Source: Narcine bancroftii
Taxonomy: Eukaryota
Length of the DNA stretch: 64,000 nt
Direction of reading: 5' to 3'
Assembly: GCF_036971445.1 (NCBI RefSeq)
Contig: NC_091477.1
Span: forward strand, 111,848,001-111,912,000
Each line of letters begins with the position of its first letter. The first letter of the stretch is position 1. The position numbers were made by a program, and so were the translations under genes. This document shows positions 63,928-64,000 of the stretch, piece after piece. A model generated the notes under the pieces. It was not told the origin of the DNA, did not search any database, and saw only the letters and a program-made list of their open reading frames with translations.

Positions 63928-64000
63928 TGTATATACTAGTGTAATTATCAAATTTTTTAGACCAATTTTTCGGGTCAAATTTTGGAGGGGGTGGTTGACT
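63928..64000. mobile_element. Start of a Tc1/pogo-type DNA transposon, cut by the window edge
   Basis: TA-ctgtatatactagtgtaa, the inverse of the terminus at about 42715-42732. Confidence 0.5.

Noticed and set aside
1-64000. CRISPR array, operon or prokaryotic defence system
   Set aside because: No regularly spaced repeats or gene-dense operons. The sequence is spliced vertebrate DNA.

Overview
Vertebrate genomic DNA, not prokaryotic. The repeat content (CR1, RTE and Rex1-like LINEs, tRNA-derived SINEs, Penelope-like repeats) suggests a cartilaginous fish, probably a ray; that is inference. The + strand carries the last six coding exons of DNER (10317-31000: EGF repeats, transmembrane helix, cytoplasmic tail ending KTKDL*), and one of its introns has a GC donor. 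About 21.7 kb downstream is a CpG-rich promoter and the 30-nt first coding exon of PID1 (MWQPASERLQ|gtaaga, 52669-52698), matching the human DNER-PID1 order. The rest is intronic or intergenic and rich in transposons: a near full-length decayed CR1, young RTE copies, solo LTRs with target-site duplications (TSDs), hAT, Harbinger-like and Tc1-type MITEs, SINEs, microsatellites, local duplications and two assembly gaps. I see no new multi-gene system. The best leads are a hAT-ended MITE whose arms are SINE tails, a five-copy ORF-less retroelement family, an insertion without terminal repeats that duplicates nearby DNA, and inverted repeat pairs around DNER exons. Repeat boundaries are approximate unless a TSD is quoted.
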